Shown: positions 27,203 through 41,394, counted from the stretch's first letter. The stretch is DNA of 64,000 bases from Octopus sinensis (GCF_006345805.1 NC_043003.1:81530001-81594000), one strand, 5' to 3'. Program-made: numbers and translations. Notes: generated by a model not told the origin, from the letters alone.

Positions 27203-27560
27203 ATATCATCATCATCATCATCATCGTTTAACGTCTGTTTTCCATGCTAGCATGGGTTGGGTGGTTCGACCGGAGTCTGGGAAGCCAGAAGGCTGCACCA
27301 GGCTCCAGTCTGATCTGGCAGAGTTTCTACAGCTGGATGCCCTTCCTAACATCAACCACTCCATGAGTGTAGAGGTTGCTTTTTATGTTCCACCAGCACA
27401 GGGCCCAGAGGAGGCTGACAACAGGCATGATCGGTTGGTGCTTTTTATGTGCCACAAGAACGGAAATCAGTCATGGTGGCACTGGCATTGGTCACGTTTG
27501 GATGGTGCTTTTTATGTGCCACTGACACGGGTATCACAACCACAATTTCCATTTGATTTT
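27203..27560 (-). mobile_element. RTE 3'-UTR fragment
   Basis: (CAT)n followed by cgtttaacgtctgttttccatgctagcatggg. Confidence 0.8.
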
Positions 27561-30240
27561 TATTTTGATGTTGATGTACTTGACTCAATAGGTCACAATT
27601 TCTTCGGTTGTCCATGAGATAACTGCATTGATTCACAGAGTGTAATCTCTCTCAGTAATTCTGAAAGGATTAGATGCAATAATTCTGATTAGATTATATG
27701 CAGAATAAGCATAGACAAGTATTTAAAACATTGTAAAGAATTTCAGTAAATGAGTTCCAAGACATTAAAGATAAATGATAAGAAAATAACTAACATGCTA
27801 AATATTTTGTTATTCTTATAAGTGATATAAAGTATCACTAAAGAGAAAAACCCACCAAAAAAAAAGGAACTATAATTAAGTACAAAATGGAGTTACTGCT
27901 GAAGTGAGTGTTGCTGGCCATTCTCCATGGCAACACCATCACAGTTATTACCGTGGGGTGTGGCTGAACAAACCATTTGTTCCTGGATGTGTTTCCCCTT
28001 GCTCCCTCCCTTCCATCTTCCTCTGCTTTACCTGCCACTTTTTTTACTTTCTTTTCCTTTCTTATCTCTCTTCTTCCCTGTTTCTTTGTATTTAGATGTT
28101 CTAATAAAATAAAGATGGTTTTTTATCATTAAAAGGAAAAAAAAGGGTGGCTCAAAATTGAAATATATTAGTTTACAGTACAGTGAGGGTGAAAATATCT
28201 TACATGCTGGGTAGTTGTCCTCTTCAGAGAGTGATGTTTTCTAATGATACTGAATAGATTAATTAGGTGTTAAATCTTTGTTCACTGGGTACCATAAAAA
28301 AAACATTACACTCCAATGAACGGCATTGCCTGACACAAGAAACTTTTCCTTTTCCTCATCCTAAGCTAATTTATGACACATTTGAACTGCTTATATTCAT
28401 TAATTGCTGAAGTACACTGTCAATAGTTCCCTTTACTTTATAATTAAGTAATTTGACATAATTATTGATGGAGGGTTGCTATACAGATGAAGCGATGTGG
28501 AGTCAAGTTACATGAAATTTTGTTATTTCGAACAGTTGTCAACTTCATGCCTGCATTGAAGCAATATTACTGATTGTAAGGGTGATAAAAGATTTTCAAG
28601 ATTAGCTTATGAGAACTACGCATTTAGTTCATTAAACTGTAGTTGAATTAGACTGATTAAATAGTTCTTTTCAGGACACAATCAGCAGATTCTATCTGAA
28701 GTGCAACATATTTATATTACACTACAAGTTGTAATATGAAAAAGTTATAAAACTATGAATTATTGTTGTTGTATATCCTGCATTACATAATGATTTAACT
28801 ACATTATCTCAGATATAGTTTTAATTAAGGTTACACGAATTCTGTTAGTATATTTTATCAATTTAGAAATCAAGATAACATTTATTAATTAAGATTGTGA
28901 AAATAACATCATGAGAAACTTATATTTGTCTTTTGTTCTACTCAGCTTAGCTTTTTTCCAGTTGTGTCTAAATTTGTATTATATCACCAAATCTTGTACA
29001 TTATTGATGGCTTGAGAAAAATAACTCACACTTTAATTAATTACCAACAAACATAAAACTAACAACAAAAATAACCCGACAAAGTAAAAGCAAATATCAT
29101 TCAAAACACACAAAATCTGTTTCCATTAAATTTCAATGGAAAAGTAATTTAAAATAAACTAATTTTTATTAAATGATTCATTTATTGATTCATATTTTTT
29201 CTGTATCCCATGATGACGATGGTACCGGCTGGTAAAGGTTACGACTGTAGTGATAACGGTAATGATGGAGATGAAGCTGATCATAATAATGATCATGCTG
29301 ATACACACTCATTGACAAATACATACATACAGTATATTCTATAAGTGCATTTGCATGCATTTATTTATATATCCTGCTACACACACATACACACGCAAGC
29401 GCACACATGTTTGCATGCATTTATTTACAAATGAATTCAATTATATGTCTTAATGATATTCATGGGCATAGAGAAAGAGTTGCATGATAACAAAATGAGA
29501 GATTTATTTATACTCTTCCTCATCTTATTATACTGTCTGGCCACCAGCTGAGAACAAAACTATGAAATACAATCTGTTATTGATACCCTAAATATTGAAA
29601 TATCAAGATTTAGTCCAGGTGACCTTTGAGAATGAATGTGTAACTATGGTTATGTAGTGCAGAGAGATGAGTATGTAAAATATATTTCAGGTTTCCTGCT
29701 GTTAAGTCATTCACAACTTTAAACAATTTTAACATATAGCTCTTTTTCTGATCAAATTTTACAGAAATACACATATATTATCAATTGCTAGCATTTCTAG
29801 CAGAAATTTGTAATCTCATTTATTGATTATATATTTGGCAACTTGCAAAAATAAAAAAAAAAAAAACGAAACTTTTAACATATCTTACACACATTACTGT
29901 TTTTAACATGCTTTTGGGAAGAATGCCCAGCCAATATATAAAGTTACCAAGCAAAAGGTAGGAGTCGATTTTTGCAAGTTGACTTCTATAAGATACATTT
30001 ATAGTTATCTAAAAGAAGTAAATGGTGAAGATCCAGGTTTGTTTTGCCATTTTGATTTTAAGCAATATTTATTTTAGAAATAGTATTCCTAATGTCTCGG
30101 TCCAGAAAACCTAGACCCCTGAAGTTGAGTTGATGAAAGACAATGCTAAGCACCCTGAAAAAGTGTTGCAGTATTTGTTACAATTTGCTTACTCATTCAA
30201 CTATTACAACTTTAGATTATTCAGCATATGTAAACTAATA

Positions 30241-30623
30241 GGTGTAGGAGTGGCTGTGTGGTAAGTAGCTTGCTTACAAACCACATGATTCCGGGTTCAG
30301 TCCCACTGCATGGCACCTTGGGCAAGTGTCTTCTACTATAGCCTAGTAGACAGAAACTGAAAGAAGCTCATCATATATATGCATATATATATATATATGT
30401 GTGTGTGTGTGCAAGTGCATGTTTGTGTGTCTCTGTTTGTCCCCCCAACATTGCTTGACAACCGATGCTGGTGTGTTTGCATCCCTGTAACTTAGCGGTT
30501 CGGCAAAAGAGCCCGATAGAATAAGTACTAGGCTTACAAAGAATATGTCCTGGGGTCGATTTGCTCGACTAAAGGCGGTGCTTCAGCATGGCCACAGTCA
30601 AATGACTGAAACAAGTAAAAGAG
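30241..30623 (+). mobile_element. SINE family A
   Basis: Collinear with the other family A copies, with a short internal deletion. Confidence 0.9.
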
Positions 30624-30665
30624 TTATACACACACTAAAATATCACTTCTAATTAACACTCTTAC

Positions 30666-30847
30666 CTGCTTCACTGTGCTGAAACATTATCTTATTACAA
30701 ATAATAGCTAAACCCACAAATAGTATTTTCTGGTGTATAATGCATGCTTGTGTAAAAAGTGAACCACAAATAATGAGGTAGGAAATCCCAAGAAAAATAT
30801 CTTTCATGTACAATGCATCTTTTTCTTTTTAGTATTTTAGTATTATG
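30666..30847 (-). pseudogene. Candidate exon HNTKILK/EKDALYMKDIFLGISYLIICGSLFTQACIIHQKILFVGLAIICNKIMFQHSEA
   Basis: Acceptor ttcttgttctttaatacag, donor CAG|gtaaga. Open only if one A is removed from the A-run at about 30826-30830. Carries the QA-x9-VGLAIICN motif. Confidence 0.5.
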
Positions 30848-30954
30848 CTGTATTAAAGAACAAGAAATATTTAGTTAGATCATTGTATCTGCACTGTAAA
30901 AGATCACATATCCTGAACACTAAAAGCATATTTGAAAATGACTTTTGAACTTAC

Positions 30955-31004
30955 CTGGTGTAAGCTATAACAGTTTATTTGCTGCATAATCAACTTGTAA
31001 AAAA
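30955..31004 (-). CDS. Candidate exon FYKLIMQQINCYSLHQ
   Basis: Donor CAG|gtaagt; 107-nt intron to the next exon; ends in phase 0. Confidence 0.3.
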
Positions 31005-31901
31005 CTAACCAGTGTGAAAGGATTTAAAATGTAATGCAGAATGTAAACACTTTCATAATCGCATGTTATCATTCTATATTGATAGTTTATTATTGTAATT
31101 GCAGTATTTCAGGAACAGAAGAACTTATTTTATTCTTTTACCATTCATATTTTGATAAGACAATATCTGTGTATTATCTTAACTGTTTAAACTTTACATT
31201 AGTACATTAAATAATTCAAGTAGTGTTTTCTGCAATGGCATTTAATGCAAGTTAACAGATGCCTGAGTTTGAATTCTAAAATATAATATTAATCTTAGTT
31301 CAACAGATAGGAAATATTTCTAATTTTATATATTGTTATAGCATTTTTTTTATAATTGGAAATGCATGGAGCTTGAGGTTCACTTGAGATGAACAGCTAA
31401 TTCACATATACACACTAATGTTTGAAGCACAAAGAGGCTTTCAGAGTTCATTCCAGTTCCATAGTTGAGTGTATGAGAAATAAGTTTCTCATTACGGTTT
31501 CATATTTAAGTGCATGAGAAATAAGCTCTTGAACAAATCATGAAGCTTTCTTACTATTTCCTGGGGGGTCGAGTACATTGTTGTTGCTTAACTATTGGTA
31601 AACATTATTGAGAAGACATTGGTTCAAAGAGATTTCAGCTGTAAGTATCCCATCTTTGTTTTCTAGAGTTATCTGAAACTTCATTATTCAGTATGTTCCT
31701 ACATTATAAAAGATGGTAGAGTGTGATTTGAAAGGGATTTGACTGCTATTTTTTTGGTGTCAAGTGAACATATAGACATTTATTCATAACTATGTGAACT
31801 CGAATAATGTAAAATAATAAGATATTAACGGTAGATTTAGTTTCAGTAACATGAAATCATGTCCAAATGAAATGCATATTGCTTTACAAAATTTTCCTGA
31901 G

Positions 31902-33909
31902 GATCATCATCATCGTTTAGCGTCCATTTTCCATGCTAGCATGGGTTGGACGGTTCTACTGGGGTCTGTGAAGCCAGAAGGCTTCATCAGGCCCAGTCAA
32001 ATCTGGCAGTGTTTCTACGGCTGGATGCCCTTCCTAACGCCAACCACTCCGTGAGTGTAGTGGGTGCTTTTTACGTGCCACCCGCACTGGTGCCAGACAG
32101 AGCTGGCAAACGGCCACGAACGGATGGTGCTTTTTATGTGCCACGGGCACGAGGGCCAGGCGAGGCTGGCAACGGACACGAAACGGGGCGGTGCTGGCAA
32201 CGGTTGCGAAACGGAAAGTTCTCTTACATGCCACCGGCACTGGTAACACATCTGCAATTTCCATTGATCGATTTCCATTGATCGATTTCCATTGATCGAT
32301 TTCGATTCTGATCGTCACTTGCCTCAACGGGTCTTCACAAGCAGAGTTTTGACATGCCACCGGCACTGGTAGCACATCCGCAATTTCCATTGATCGATTT
32401 CGATTCTGATCCTCACTTGCCTCATCACGTCTTCACAAATAGAGTTTTGTGTCCAAGAAGGGAAGGTATGCATACGTAGGCTGGCTCCATCCCATGTAGA
32501 AGGGCACGGGTTATGGACTCACTTGTCCTGCCGGGTCTTCTCGCGCACAGCACACTTCCAGAGGTCTCGGTCTCTAGTCATTTCCTCAGTGAGACCTAAA
32601 GTTCGAAGGTCGTGCTTCACCACCTCGTCCCAGGTTTTCCTGGGTCTGCCTCTTCCACAGGTTCCTCAACCGCTAGGGTGTGGCACTTTTTCACACAACT
32701 ATCTTCATCCATTCTTGCCACATGACCATACCAGCGCAAACGTCTCTCTTGCACACCACAACTGATGCTTCTTAGGTCCAGCTTTTCTCTCAAGGTACTT
32801 ACACTCTGCCGAGTGTGAGTACCGGCATTACACATCCATCGGAGCATACTGGCTTCATTTCTAGCGAACTTACGCATATCCTCAGCAGTCACGGCCCATG
32901 TTTCACTGCCATGTAGCATGGCTGTTCGTACATACGCATCATACAGTCTGCCTTTCACTCTGTGCGAGAGGCCTTTTGTCACCAGTAGAGGTAAGAGCTC
33001 TCTGAACTTTGCCCAAGCTATTCTTACTCTAGCAGTTACACTTTCAGCACACCCGCCCCCGCTGCTGACTTGGTCACCTAGGTAACGGAAACTATCAACT
33101 ATTTCTAGTTTTTCTCCCTGGAAAGTGACGGAAGTTGGTCTCAGAGCATTTTCAGTGTTTATTGTTCCTGAGCATCTGCCACATACAAAAACCATCTTCC
33201 TAGTTAGCCTTCCTTTGACATTGCTGCATCTCTTATGTGTCCATAGCTTACACTTGGTGCATCTTATAGAGTTTCTACCTACACCTTTTCTACAGATCGA
33301 GCAGGGCCATCTACCTGAAGGTGTTTGTGATTTGTCTACCTTCCTACTGATTACGACTTTGGTTTTAGCTAGATTGACTCTGAGGCCCTTCGATTCTAAT
33401 CCTTGTTTCCACACCTGAAACTTCTCCTCCAGTTCTGATAGCGACTCAGCAATTAGAGCAAGGTCATCAGCATAGAGGAGCTCCCAAGGGCATCCTGTCT
33501 TGAATTCCTCCATTATTGCCTGGAGGACTATGATAAATAGGAGGGGTCTGAGTACTGAGCCTTGGTGGACTCCTACCTCTACCCGGAATTCTTCACTGTA
33601 CACATTTCCAACCCTCACCCTACTAGCGGCGTCCCTGTACATGGCCCGCACAGCTCTCACTAACCATTCATCTATCCCTAGTTTCCTCATTGCCCACCAG
33701 ATAAGGGATCGGGGGACCCTGTCGAAGGCTTTCTCCATGTCAACAAAAGCCAGGTACAGGGGCTTATCTTTGGCTAGGTATTTCTCCTGCAGCTGCCTTA
33801 CCAGGAATATAGCATCAGTAGTACTTTTCCCTGGCACAAACCCAAACTGCATCTCATCTAAACTAACTCTCTCTCTAATTAGTTGGGCTATGACCCTCTC
33901 CGTAACCGT
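31902..33909 (-). mobile_element. RTE-clade non-LTR retrotransposon, 5'-truncated, with 3' UTR and (GAT)n tail
   Basis: An RT ORF is followed by a long 3' UTR ending in ...gctaaacgatgatgatgatc. The same 3' end recurs elsewhere in the window. Confidence 0.92.
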
Positions 33910-33921
33910 GATTATAACCAA
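32617..33921 (-). CDS. Reverse transcriptase (RTE ORF2, N-terminally truncated, C-terminal frameshift)
   Basis: Motifs QFGFVPGKSTTDAIF, FVDMEKAFDRVPR, GVHQGSVL, LLYADDL, FRYLG, LHGSETW, RLRWYGHV. The end (EEPVEEADPGK) is shifted relative to the expected GRGRPRKTW. Confidence 0.9.
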   Translation of the reverse strand: MVIITVTERVIAQLIRERVSLDEMQFGFVPGKSTTDAIFLVRQLQEKYLAKDKPLYLAFVDMEKAFDRVPRSLIWWAMRKLGIDEWLVRAVRAMYRDAASRVRVGNVYSEEFRVEVGVHQGSVLRPLLFIIVLQAIMEEFKTGCPWELLYADDLALIAESLSELEEKFQVWKQGLESKGLRVNLAKTKVVISRKVDKSQTPSGRWPCSICRKGVGRNSIRCTKCKLWTHKRCSNVKGRLTRKMVFVCGRCSGTINTENALRPTSVTFQGEKLEIVDSFRYLGDQVSSGGGCAESVTARVRIAWAKFRELLPLLVTKGLSHRVKGRLYDAYVRTAMLHGSETWAVTAEDMRKFARNEASMLRWMCNAGTHTRQSVSTLREKLDLRSISCGVQERRLRWYGHVARMDEDSCVKKCHTLAVEEPVEEADPGKPGTRW

Positions 33922-34247
33922 ATTCTCTCCAGAAGTTTTAAATCTTGATCCAGTTCATATTGAAGCTACTTTGCTTCAGCAAGTTACTGCATTTGATGTA
34001 ACTATAATAACAGCTCTTGATCAAAATCAATTAGACCAACAATATATCCATTTGGTTCTCTCAACTCTGTATAATGGTATAAAAATAAGTACATATCCAC
34101 TTGAAGTTCACATTGTGAAATAGTATTTTTCTTCTTTGTGTGTATTTTCCTCTTGTTTACTGTAATTTTTCATGTCAACCTCTCTCTTTTATTATTACTT
34201 ACTCTTTTTCTCAGTGATTTTTAATTTTTATCACTATCATTAATATA

Positions 34248-34501
34248 ATCGTGAAGTATATTTGCCACTTAAATGTGGCTAACCCGTAAGGGTGGATGCT
34301 ACTGTAGCTTTTAGCCCCCGGAGGACACCTCCTCCAGCTGGCTATTGACACACTTTCTGTGCCCTATCAATAATACTGATAGGGCACAGAAAGTGTGTCA
34401 ATAGCCAGCTGGAGGAGGTGTCCTCCAGGGGGGGCTACAAGCTACAGTAGCATCCACCCTTAAGGGTTAGCTACATTTAAGTGGCAAATATACTTCACGA
34501 T
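34248..34501. repeat. Long inverted repeat (about 122-bp arms, 7-nt spacer)
   Basis: atcgtgaagtatatttgccactt...gccctatca | ataatac | tgatagggc...aagtggcaaatatacttcacgat, with only a few mismatches or indels. Confidence 0.85.
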
Positions 34502-35199
34502 GTCATGCAGCTACTGTTTATACCTCGCTCAGAGATTTATTATTGATTAATATAATTGTTTTCTATCTTTGCTGGAATATGGTGGATCAGTCATTTCAAA
34601 GTTAGGTATTCTTAATGTAACAGAAATGGCTGGGTATCTTTGCCTCTCTACTAGCACTATTACTGAAAAGTTTGTCTTCCAAAGAGCCAACTTCCTCCTG
34701 TTTTATACAAATTGTCTAATAGTGAATATATTCTACCAAACTTGTTGCCTTTTCAATAGCTCACAGAACCACATCAATCTTTTATGAGAACACATGAGAT
34801 ATGAAACAAGACTGTAGTTGATATAGAAACAGTGCAAAGATGTACAAGAATTACGTGCATGCATGTTTATAAACACTGAAAGTTTGAGCAAGTGTGAGCC
34901 TAGTGAGTCAGAGCAGGTGTTTGAGCACATCTCCCTCACCACCCTTTAGGAAAATGCCTTTTCCATTTTGTCTGCTGGGACCATGAGGCAGTCTGATTTT
35001 TAGGAAATTGAGAGACTGTAAGAATTTTGTAGCTGGTCGGTATATAATTAAGACATATATTGAGTTGCTTTGAAGGAAAACAGAAAGCAAAAAAAGTAAT
35101 GGGAGCAAAACTAGAATATAATGAGTACCAGCCCTCCCACTGAAATAAGACCATGCTTGTTAGATTAAATGGTTACTGGGGTCCACTCAATATTCTTCT

Positions 35200-35440
35200 A
35201 GTCATTACTCATCATTCTCTTTTTAACCAAATCCAGTAGCTTGCCTTCTCCACTGTAGTCTGGATATCATTCATGAAGGTATTTGCACTAAAGCTTCTTC
35301 TTTGCCATCTACTCAGGCATTTGATGAAACTTTTGCTACATAGACCAGGATAGGTTGTAATACAGGCATCAATAAACAAAATATATCCTTCTTCTTTCAT
35401 CTTGCCTACAAAACCAAAGACGTAGAACACCTTCTAAAAA
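35200..35440 (-). mobile_element. HERO/NeSL-type RLE LINE C-terminal relic
   Basis: Track ORF ends in DIQTTVEKASYWIWLKRE, a typical HERO-like C-terminus. Confidence 0.55.
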
Positions 35441-37423
35441 GGCAAATATCACTCATTTCTTGATAGAAGGTGTTCTTAAATTGTATACTCAGAACTAGTA
35501 TTAAGTGACTAAAGTAGTTTTATGACAGCAACAAGTAATGTAATTAATTAACAGAGATGTCCTAAAAATGAAAGAAATAATTCATTGACTTGAGTGGAAC
35601 ATCTTAATTGTAATTATTTAGTTATGTGATACTGGTAAGTAGATGTTGTTTGTTATGTCCATTGTAGTGCTCAAAGAGAACTGTGTTCTAAAATGACACC
35701 AGAGATGAACACTTGAATGTTAAGTGAAATTTATGTGAAATAATTTCTTGAATATAAAGAAAAATTTGAACATTAAGTTGTTATCTTAAGGCTATAATCT
35801 AGAAATTTGTAAAAATATGTACTTAGTAACATTGAATGCTATTCTCAAAATATATTTGTTTATGAATGTCAACTCCTCAAATCTATAAGCTTTTAAAGTT
35901 ATGATAATTTCAAAATACTGTTTGACATTCACTGTTCAATATTTATAATGAAGAAGGTTGAGTAACAATCAAGGAAATTAGAAAATATTTCAGCTTTGGG
36001 CTGCAACAAAAGAATAACATATTCTATTGACAATAAGATGCTTGAACAACCATACAATCTAAGAGATATTTACAACAGTTTAAATATGTAACTCATTCTG
36101 CAATTTAGATTTTAAAATAATTTGAACATTATTAGATTGCTTTCTATTTATTTTATTCAATTTTATGCACTTATTACATTTTTATAAACATAGCAGGTTA
36201 CAATGAAATAAGATATTGTTTCAATAAATATTAATGACTTACAAGATATAAGCAAATATCTGCTTGAACCAACATAACAGTGATAAGAGCAAAATAAGTA
36301 TTGTGTGTGTATCTTAAATTACTGTTCCAGTCAATTATGCATATCCTATCAACAAAACCTCTTCATCCCTAATCACAGTTTATAGACAGATTGTATCATA
36401 CTACAAAATAAATCTGTACGCATGATTAGTTCACATGAAGTTATTAGAATTTGTGATGACTTTCAAGATGTATGTTCGTGAAAATATAGTGATTCGTAGG
36501 ATTTTATTTTCATATCAAAAAGTGCAATGCATTGAGTTAAAGTTGTCTTGAACTGAAATTTATCAAAAACAAAGAAATTATTCAAGAATCACCTACCAAT
36601 CATTAATTTCATGTTCCTATTTCAAGAATTTGGATCACTGACCTTGAAATTATCCCTTCAATTGCAATATTTTTAGCATGACTAAGATCTGTCTCAGTTT
36701 TTGAAAACATACATCAAGGTGCCCCATCAGCCAAAAGAAAATGCTTTTATTTCTTCTGACTATTAACTTCTCATTTTTATTTCCAATTATGTAGAAAGTT
36801 TGAAAACAGGGTTAATAATTGCTTTCTCCAATACCTTGAAGTTCTCTTTATATCTGGTTTCTGGTTGGCAAGCATTCACTCACCAATGTTCTTCACTATC
36901 TAACTCTCCTCCTATCTATTTTATTATTTTTACAACAACCTCTACTCCTCTGAACTACCTCAACCTCAGCTTATATATTACATATGTCTCTCACCCTTTC
37001 ATTATCTCTTGAACTTTAGGCCTTTGTAATTACTCTTTTCCTACCATCTGTTTTCTGTTCAGATATTAACATCAAACTCAATAGTCTTCATGAGCTTTCA
37101 CAGATCATGGGCTCTTACTCTTTTAATTAAACCATAAAAATATACACTTCTAAGATTCCAAAGTTTGTAACAGAAACTATTACAAAAAAATGTTTTCCAA
37201 CAAAATATTTGTAAGTATTCTTCAGAGGTCATCTTCTTCATACATATTGAAGTAAAATTTAACACTTAATTGCTGCTTAGAATTAAAATGTTAATCATTA
37301 ACTATATATTGCCATCCCAATATTTCTTTTCTTTGGTTTTATATACCTGGATGTGTGTGCAGTATCTCCTTTCCTATATTTTATTAATTTTCATCATAAA
37401 AATATGGTGAATTTTTTACATAC

Positions 37424-37444
37424 CTACAAGGATTTCGAATAATA
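37424..37444 (-). CDS. Candidate 21-nt micro-exon (frame unresolved: LFEILV or IIRNPC)
   Basis: Very strong acceptor ttttatttccctttcag and donor TAG|gtatgt. Confidence 0.3.
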   Translation of the reverse strand, partial: YYSKSL

Positions 37445-38366
37445 CTGAAAGGGAAATAAAATTCTATTGTATTTATGTTTTATGCATTGCTTCACAGTTG
37501 CTGATTCAGCTCATTATGTGTTTGCTACTTATTTAGCAATATAAATATTAGAAAAAGTGTTATGTTCCCAGCAAAACTGCTGAATTAACTGATTATATTT
37601 ATACTTTACAGTAGTAAAATTTCTCAAAATTCTATCTCTGAATCACTATGAAATACACTGCTAGAACAAACATCTCTGAATCACTATTCGATCCTCCTCT
37701 TGAACAAAAGAAATTTAATTTTTGTTTTTATTGTAGAAGCTTAAGAGGCTGGAATACATATCATAGTATGTAATCTTTAAAGCAGTATAAATGATAGAAT
37801 AAATAGCTGAATAGAATAGATTCTTGATAGTGTAAATTTTAGTGCATACTTTGCAATTCCATTATAGCTGAGGCTGATATAATTTTTTTTTTTCATCAAT
37901 CTCTGAAAAATCAATATTATGAGCAATTGTAATATATTAAGGTTGATTCAGTTTAGTATATTCACTACTTCTGCAAAGTTATTTTTGTGCCTAAGTATAG
38001 GATATCATTAGGATTTATAACTATGAAATGTTTATTTATATTGCTGAAAAGGAATGATAACTTATGTTGTTGAAGATCAAATATTATTAATCCAAATATT
38101 TCCTTTTTTGGAAATGATTCTCGAAGTATATATAAAGCTATAAATAATAGCATGTTAAATACCCTTTTGGATAGAAAAAGTTGAAGGTTGTCTTCGTATG
38201 ACTCCAGCAAAATATTTTTTGTTTAAATGTGGCATTAATGTATATTGATAAAATGAACCTTGTGTAATTATAAATAGTAAATTCAAATATGTTTGTTTTA
38301 TTAATAATAATACTATTAATTTCCAATTTGTGATATCTTTTTCCATTGGCAAACACCGATATATTG

Positions 38367-38850
<484 letters not shown>

Positions 38851-38974
38851 TATATATATAATGAATTGCATAATAGTGGTTTTTTTCTCTAGTTTATATT
38901 TTATATATTTATATTGTGAAATTTGGTTTAATACTAAATTGAAGTTTTCCCTTTAAGTTTGGAGTTATACTCCC

Positions 38975-38975
<1 letters not shown>

Positions 38976-39026
<51 letters not shown>

Positions 39027-39055
39027 GTTATTATTATTATTATATTATTATATAT
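38976..39055. repeat. (TTA)n microsatellite
   Basis: Directly visible. Confidence 0.95.
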
Positions 39056-39562
39056 ATATGTAGTAGATACCAGTGTTATGTTATACACAGTATTATTCAG
39101 AAATGCAAGAACTTGCTAGATTTACTGACTGAAGAAAATGAGGGCTAAAGAATGATTGGCTGCTGTCAATTTATTTGGTACTGTGAATGATTTTAGTGTA
39201 AAATAGAGAGAAAAGATCTTAACATTGATGAGAGATCTATTGTTGATTCATCTTTTCTCACGAAGTCAGAAAGATAAAGAGATGTTGCTAGAAATATGGT
39301 TAATGAGGAACAAGAATATAAGACTGTTATAAATAAGGAGCGATAATTTTGAAGTTAAGCATTGATGCCTTATTTTGTAATTCGTTGCTTAGTCCCCGGT
39401 AAGTACTAATAGAGCATCCCATATTTCATTTTAATAGATCCACGACTTCATTACCTAATGTGACTCTCCATATGTGATGCTCCATTAAAAAGTTAGGATG
39501 GTATTTTTCTGCAGTTGTTGTCTTAAACAAGTTTAAATAGAACATAAACAGTATCACCTTAC

Positions 39563-39612
39563 CATTCTTGCAGAAAATGCAAAATCCTCAAGTACAACTG
39601 CTTCCACCAGAC
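39563..39612 (-). CDS. Candidate exon (G)LVEAVVLEDFAFSARM
   Basis: Acceptor catttgctag, donor ATG|gtaagg; open in phase 1. Confidence 0.45.
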
Positions 39613-40469
39613 CTAGCAAATGAACTACCATTCTGAGGCTTTCTCATTGACTCTGCAATGGCTTTGGTGATAAATGATTTGATAATAATTTGTCAAGGCT
39701 TTCAAATGTTTAACTGTTATTTTAAGTTTGTTGGGAATTTAGATGAAATAGTTAGGAAGATTGTGCTTCATATTATTTTGAATTCCTCTGATTAAGTATG
39801 GTGTGTAGTTGTAACCATTGAAAATACCCAGGCCCAGTTAGCATCATGGAAATTAATCTTAGGTAATGTACTCTGTTATTTCTTTTATTTATTTGGAGTG
39901 AATTGGATGAGGTAACATTTCTTGTTCAAACATTAGGAAAGCACTTTTTACTTTAGCAATTTGAATCTGCTGGGGTTTTATCTATAATGAAGAAGAAAAA
40001 AAGGTAGAACGTAACGACTAATGTTACTGCTATGTATCTGTTGCAAGTGATTTAAAAATCCAGTATTTGGCAATGTGATGCTACAATTAAGCCATACAAC
40101 TGCTTTCTGTCAATGCTTATACCCAGAATCAAAGAGAATTAAAATTGTAATTACATTTTATTTTATGTCTTGACTAACTACAGCCCTACGAGGATTACTA
40201 AAATAACATTCTAAATAGATCTATTCTTTGTTCTCATGAGCACATGGTCCAGAATATATAATTTGTTGATGACATACTCTATGTAACCCAGAAGTATGTA
40301 AAATGTTAAGTGTAGTATACTTTAACAGAACCTCCTCTGGCAAAGTGTAGCATATAATTCTTTGTTGGAATTTTCTTCCATGTGACTATGCTAAAGATTA
40401 AATAATATATTTTTAATAGGCCATACTATATTTGAGCATACCATTGCAAGTTTCTTAAATCTTTCTTAC

Positions 40470-40541
40470 CGTTCTTTATTAATGACATGTCACCTATAAA
40501 TTCCTCGTCCTACATTTTGTTCGCATATATCAGTTTAAATT
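40470..40541 (-). pseudogene. Candidate exon EFKLIYANKM*DEEFIGDMSLIKN
   Basis: Acceptor ccttctag, donor ACG|gtaaga; 72 nt, phase 1-1; in-frame TAG at 40510-40512. Confidence 0.4.
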
Positions 40542-41394
40542 CTAGAAGGTATCCACTCCTATCATTGATGTAAGTATCAAAATGAGATAAAAATTGTAAG
40601 TCCGTCAGGCTTAAATTGACAATAGAGTTGCTTAGTTTAAAGCATAGCATTAAAATTTATATGATTTCCTCTCTGGATAGTTTTTCCTCTATTGTAGGGA
40701 GTGTTACTAAATTTAAGCATTGCAAAATTCATTAACTAACACTCCACAAGTGAATATCTCAATATAATTGGAATTTTAAATAGAAATCTAACAGAAGTTC
40801 AATAATACTTGATCATACAACTATTTTAAGGAAAAGAGCTGGAGGATACTTGCAATTTAATTAGAAAAATAAAATGCATCAATTTTTCCTTATTAAATAA
40901 TTTGAAATAGCAAAGGTTTTACACAATTTCAAATATTTAACTAATTTCTCTTGTAAAATTTAAATTTTGATATGTTTTCTTTTGTTCTAAGAAAAATCAA
41001 TAGTGTGACTCTAGTATATATATTATTATATTGATGTCAGGGAGTCTATAAATACAAATAAGTGAATCATTTCATTTAGTCAATGGTATTGGGTGATATT
41101 CTGAATGAGGTATTATTTGCAAATATCTATGTGATTTATATTTAAAATCACTAATGATTTGTCTGTCACCACTTTGTAATTTTATGTTAATTCAATAATT
41201 TGAATATTTTTGAAAAGGCAATGTAGTTTTATTTAGAAAACCAATAATGGTTCAGTGTCTAATATGAAACAGAAAGAACTGAGAGTGGTGATATTGCAAA
41301 ATCAATAAAGTATTAGACAAAAATGCCTGGTGGTATTTATTTTGGTCCTTTATATTCTGAGTTCAAATCTTATCATGATCAACTTTGCCATGAC

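Noticed and set aside
28204-28249. Minus-strand exon IIRKHHSLKRTTTQH
   Set aside because: Good splice signals, but its phases (2 to 0) conflict with the neighbouring exons.
33500-34123. 207-aa plus-strand ORF
   Set aside because: Antisense of the RTE reverse transcriptase plus flank.
34376-34400. ctgatagggcacagaaag as a hammerhead core in the 34-kb palindrome
   Set aside because: Not CUGANGA, and no stem II or III can be formed.
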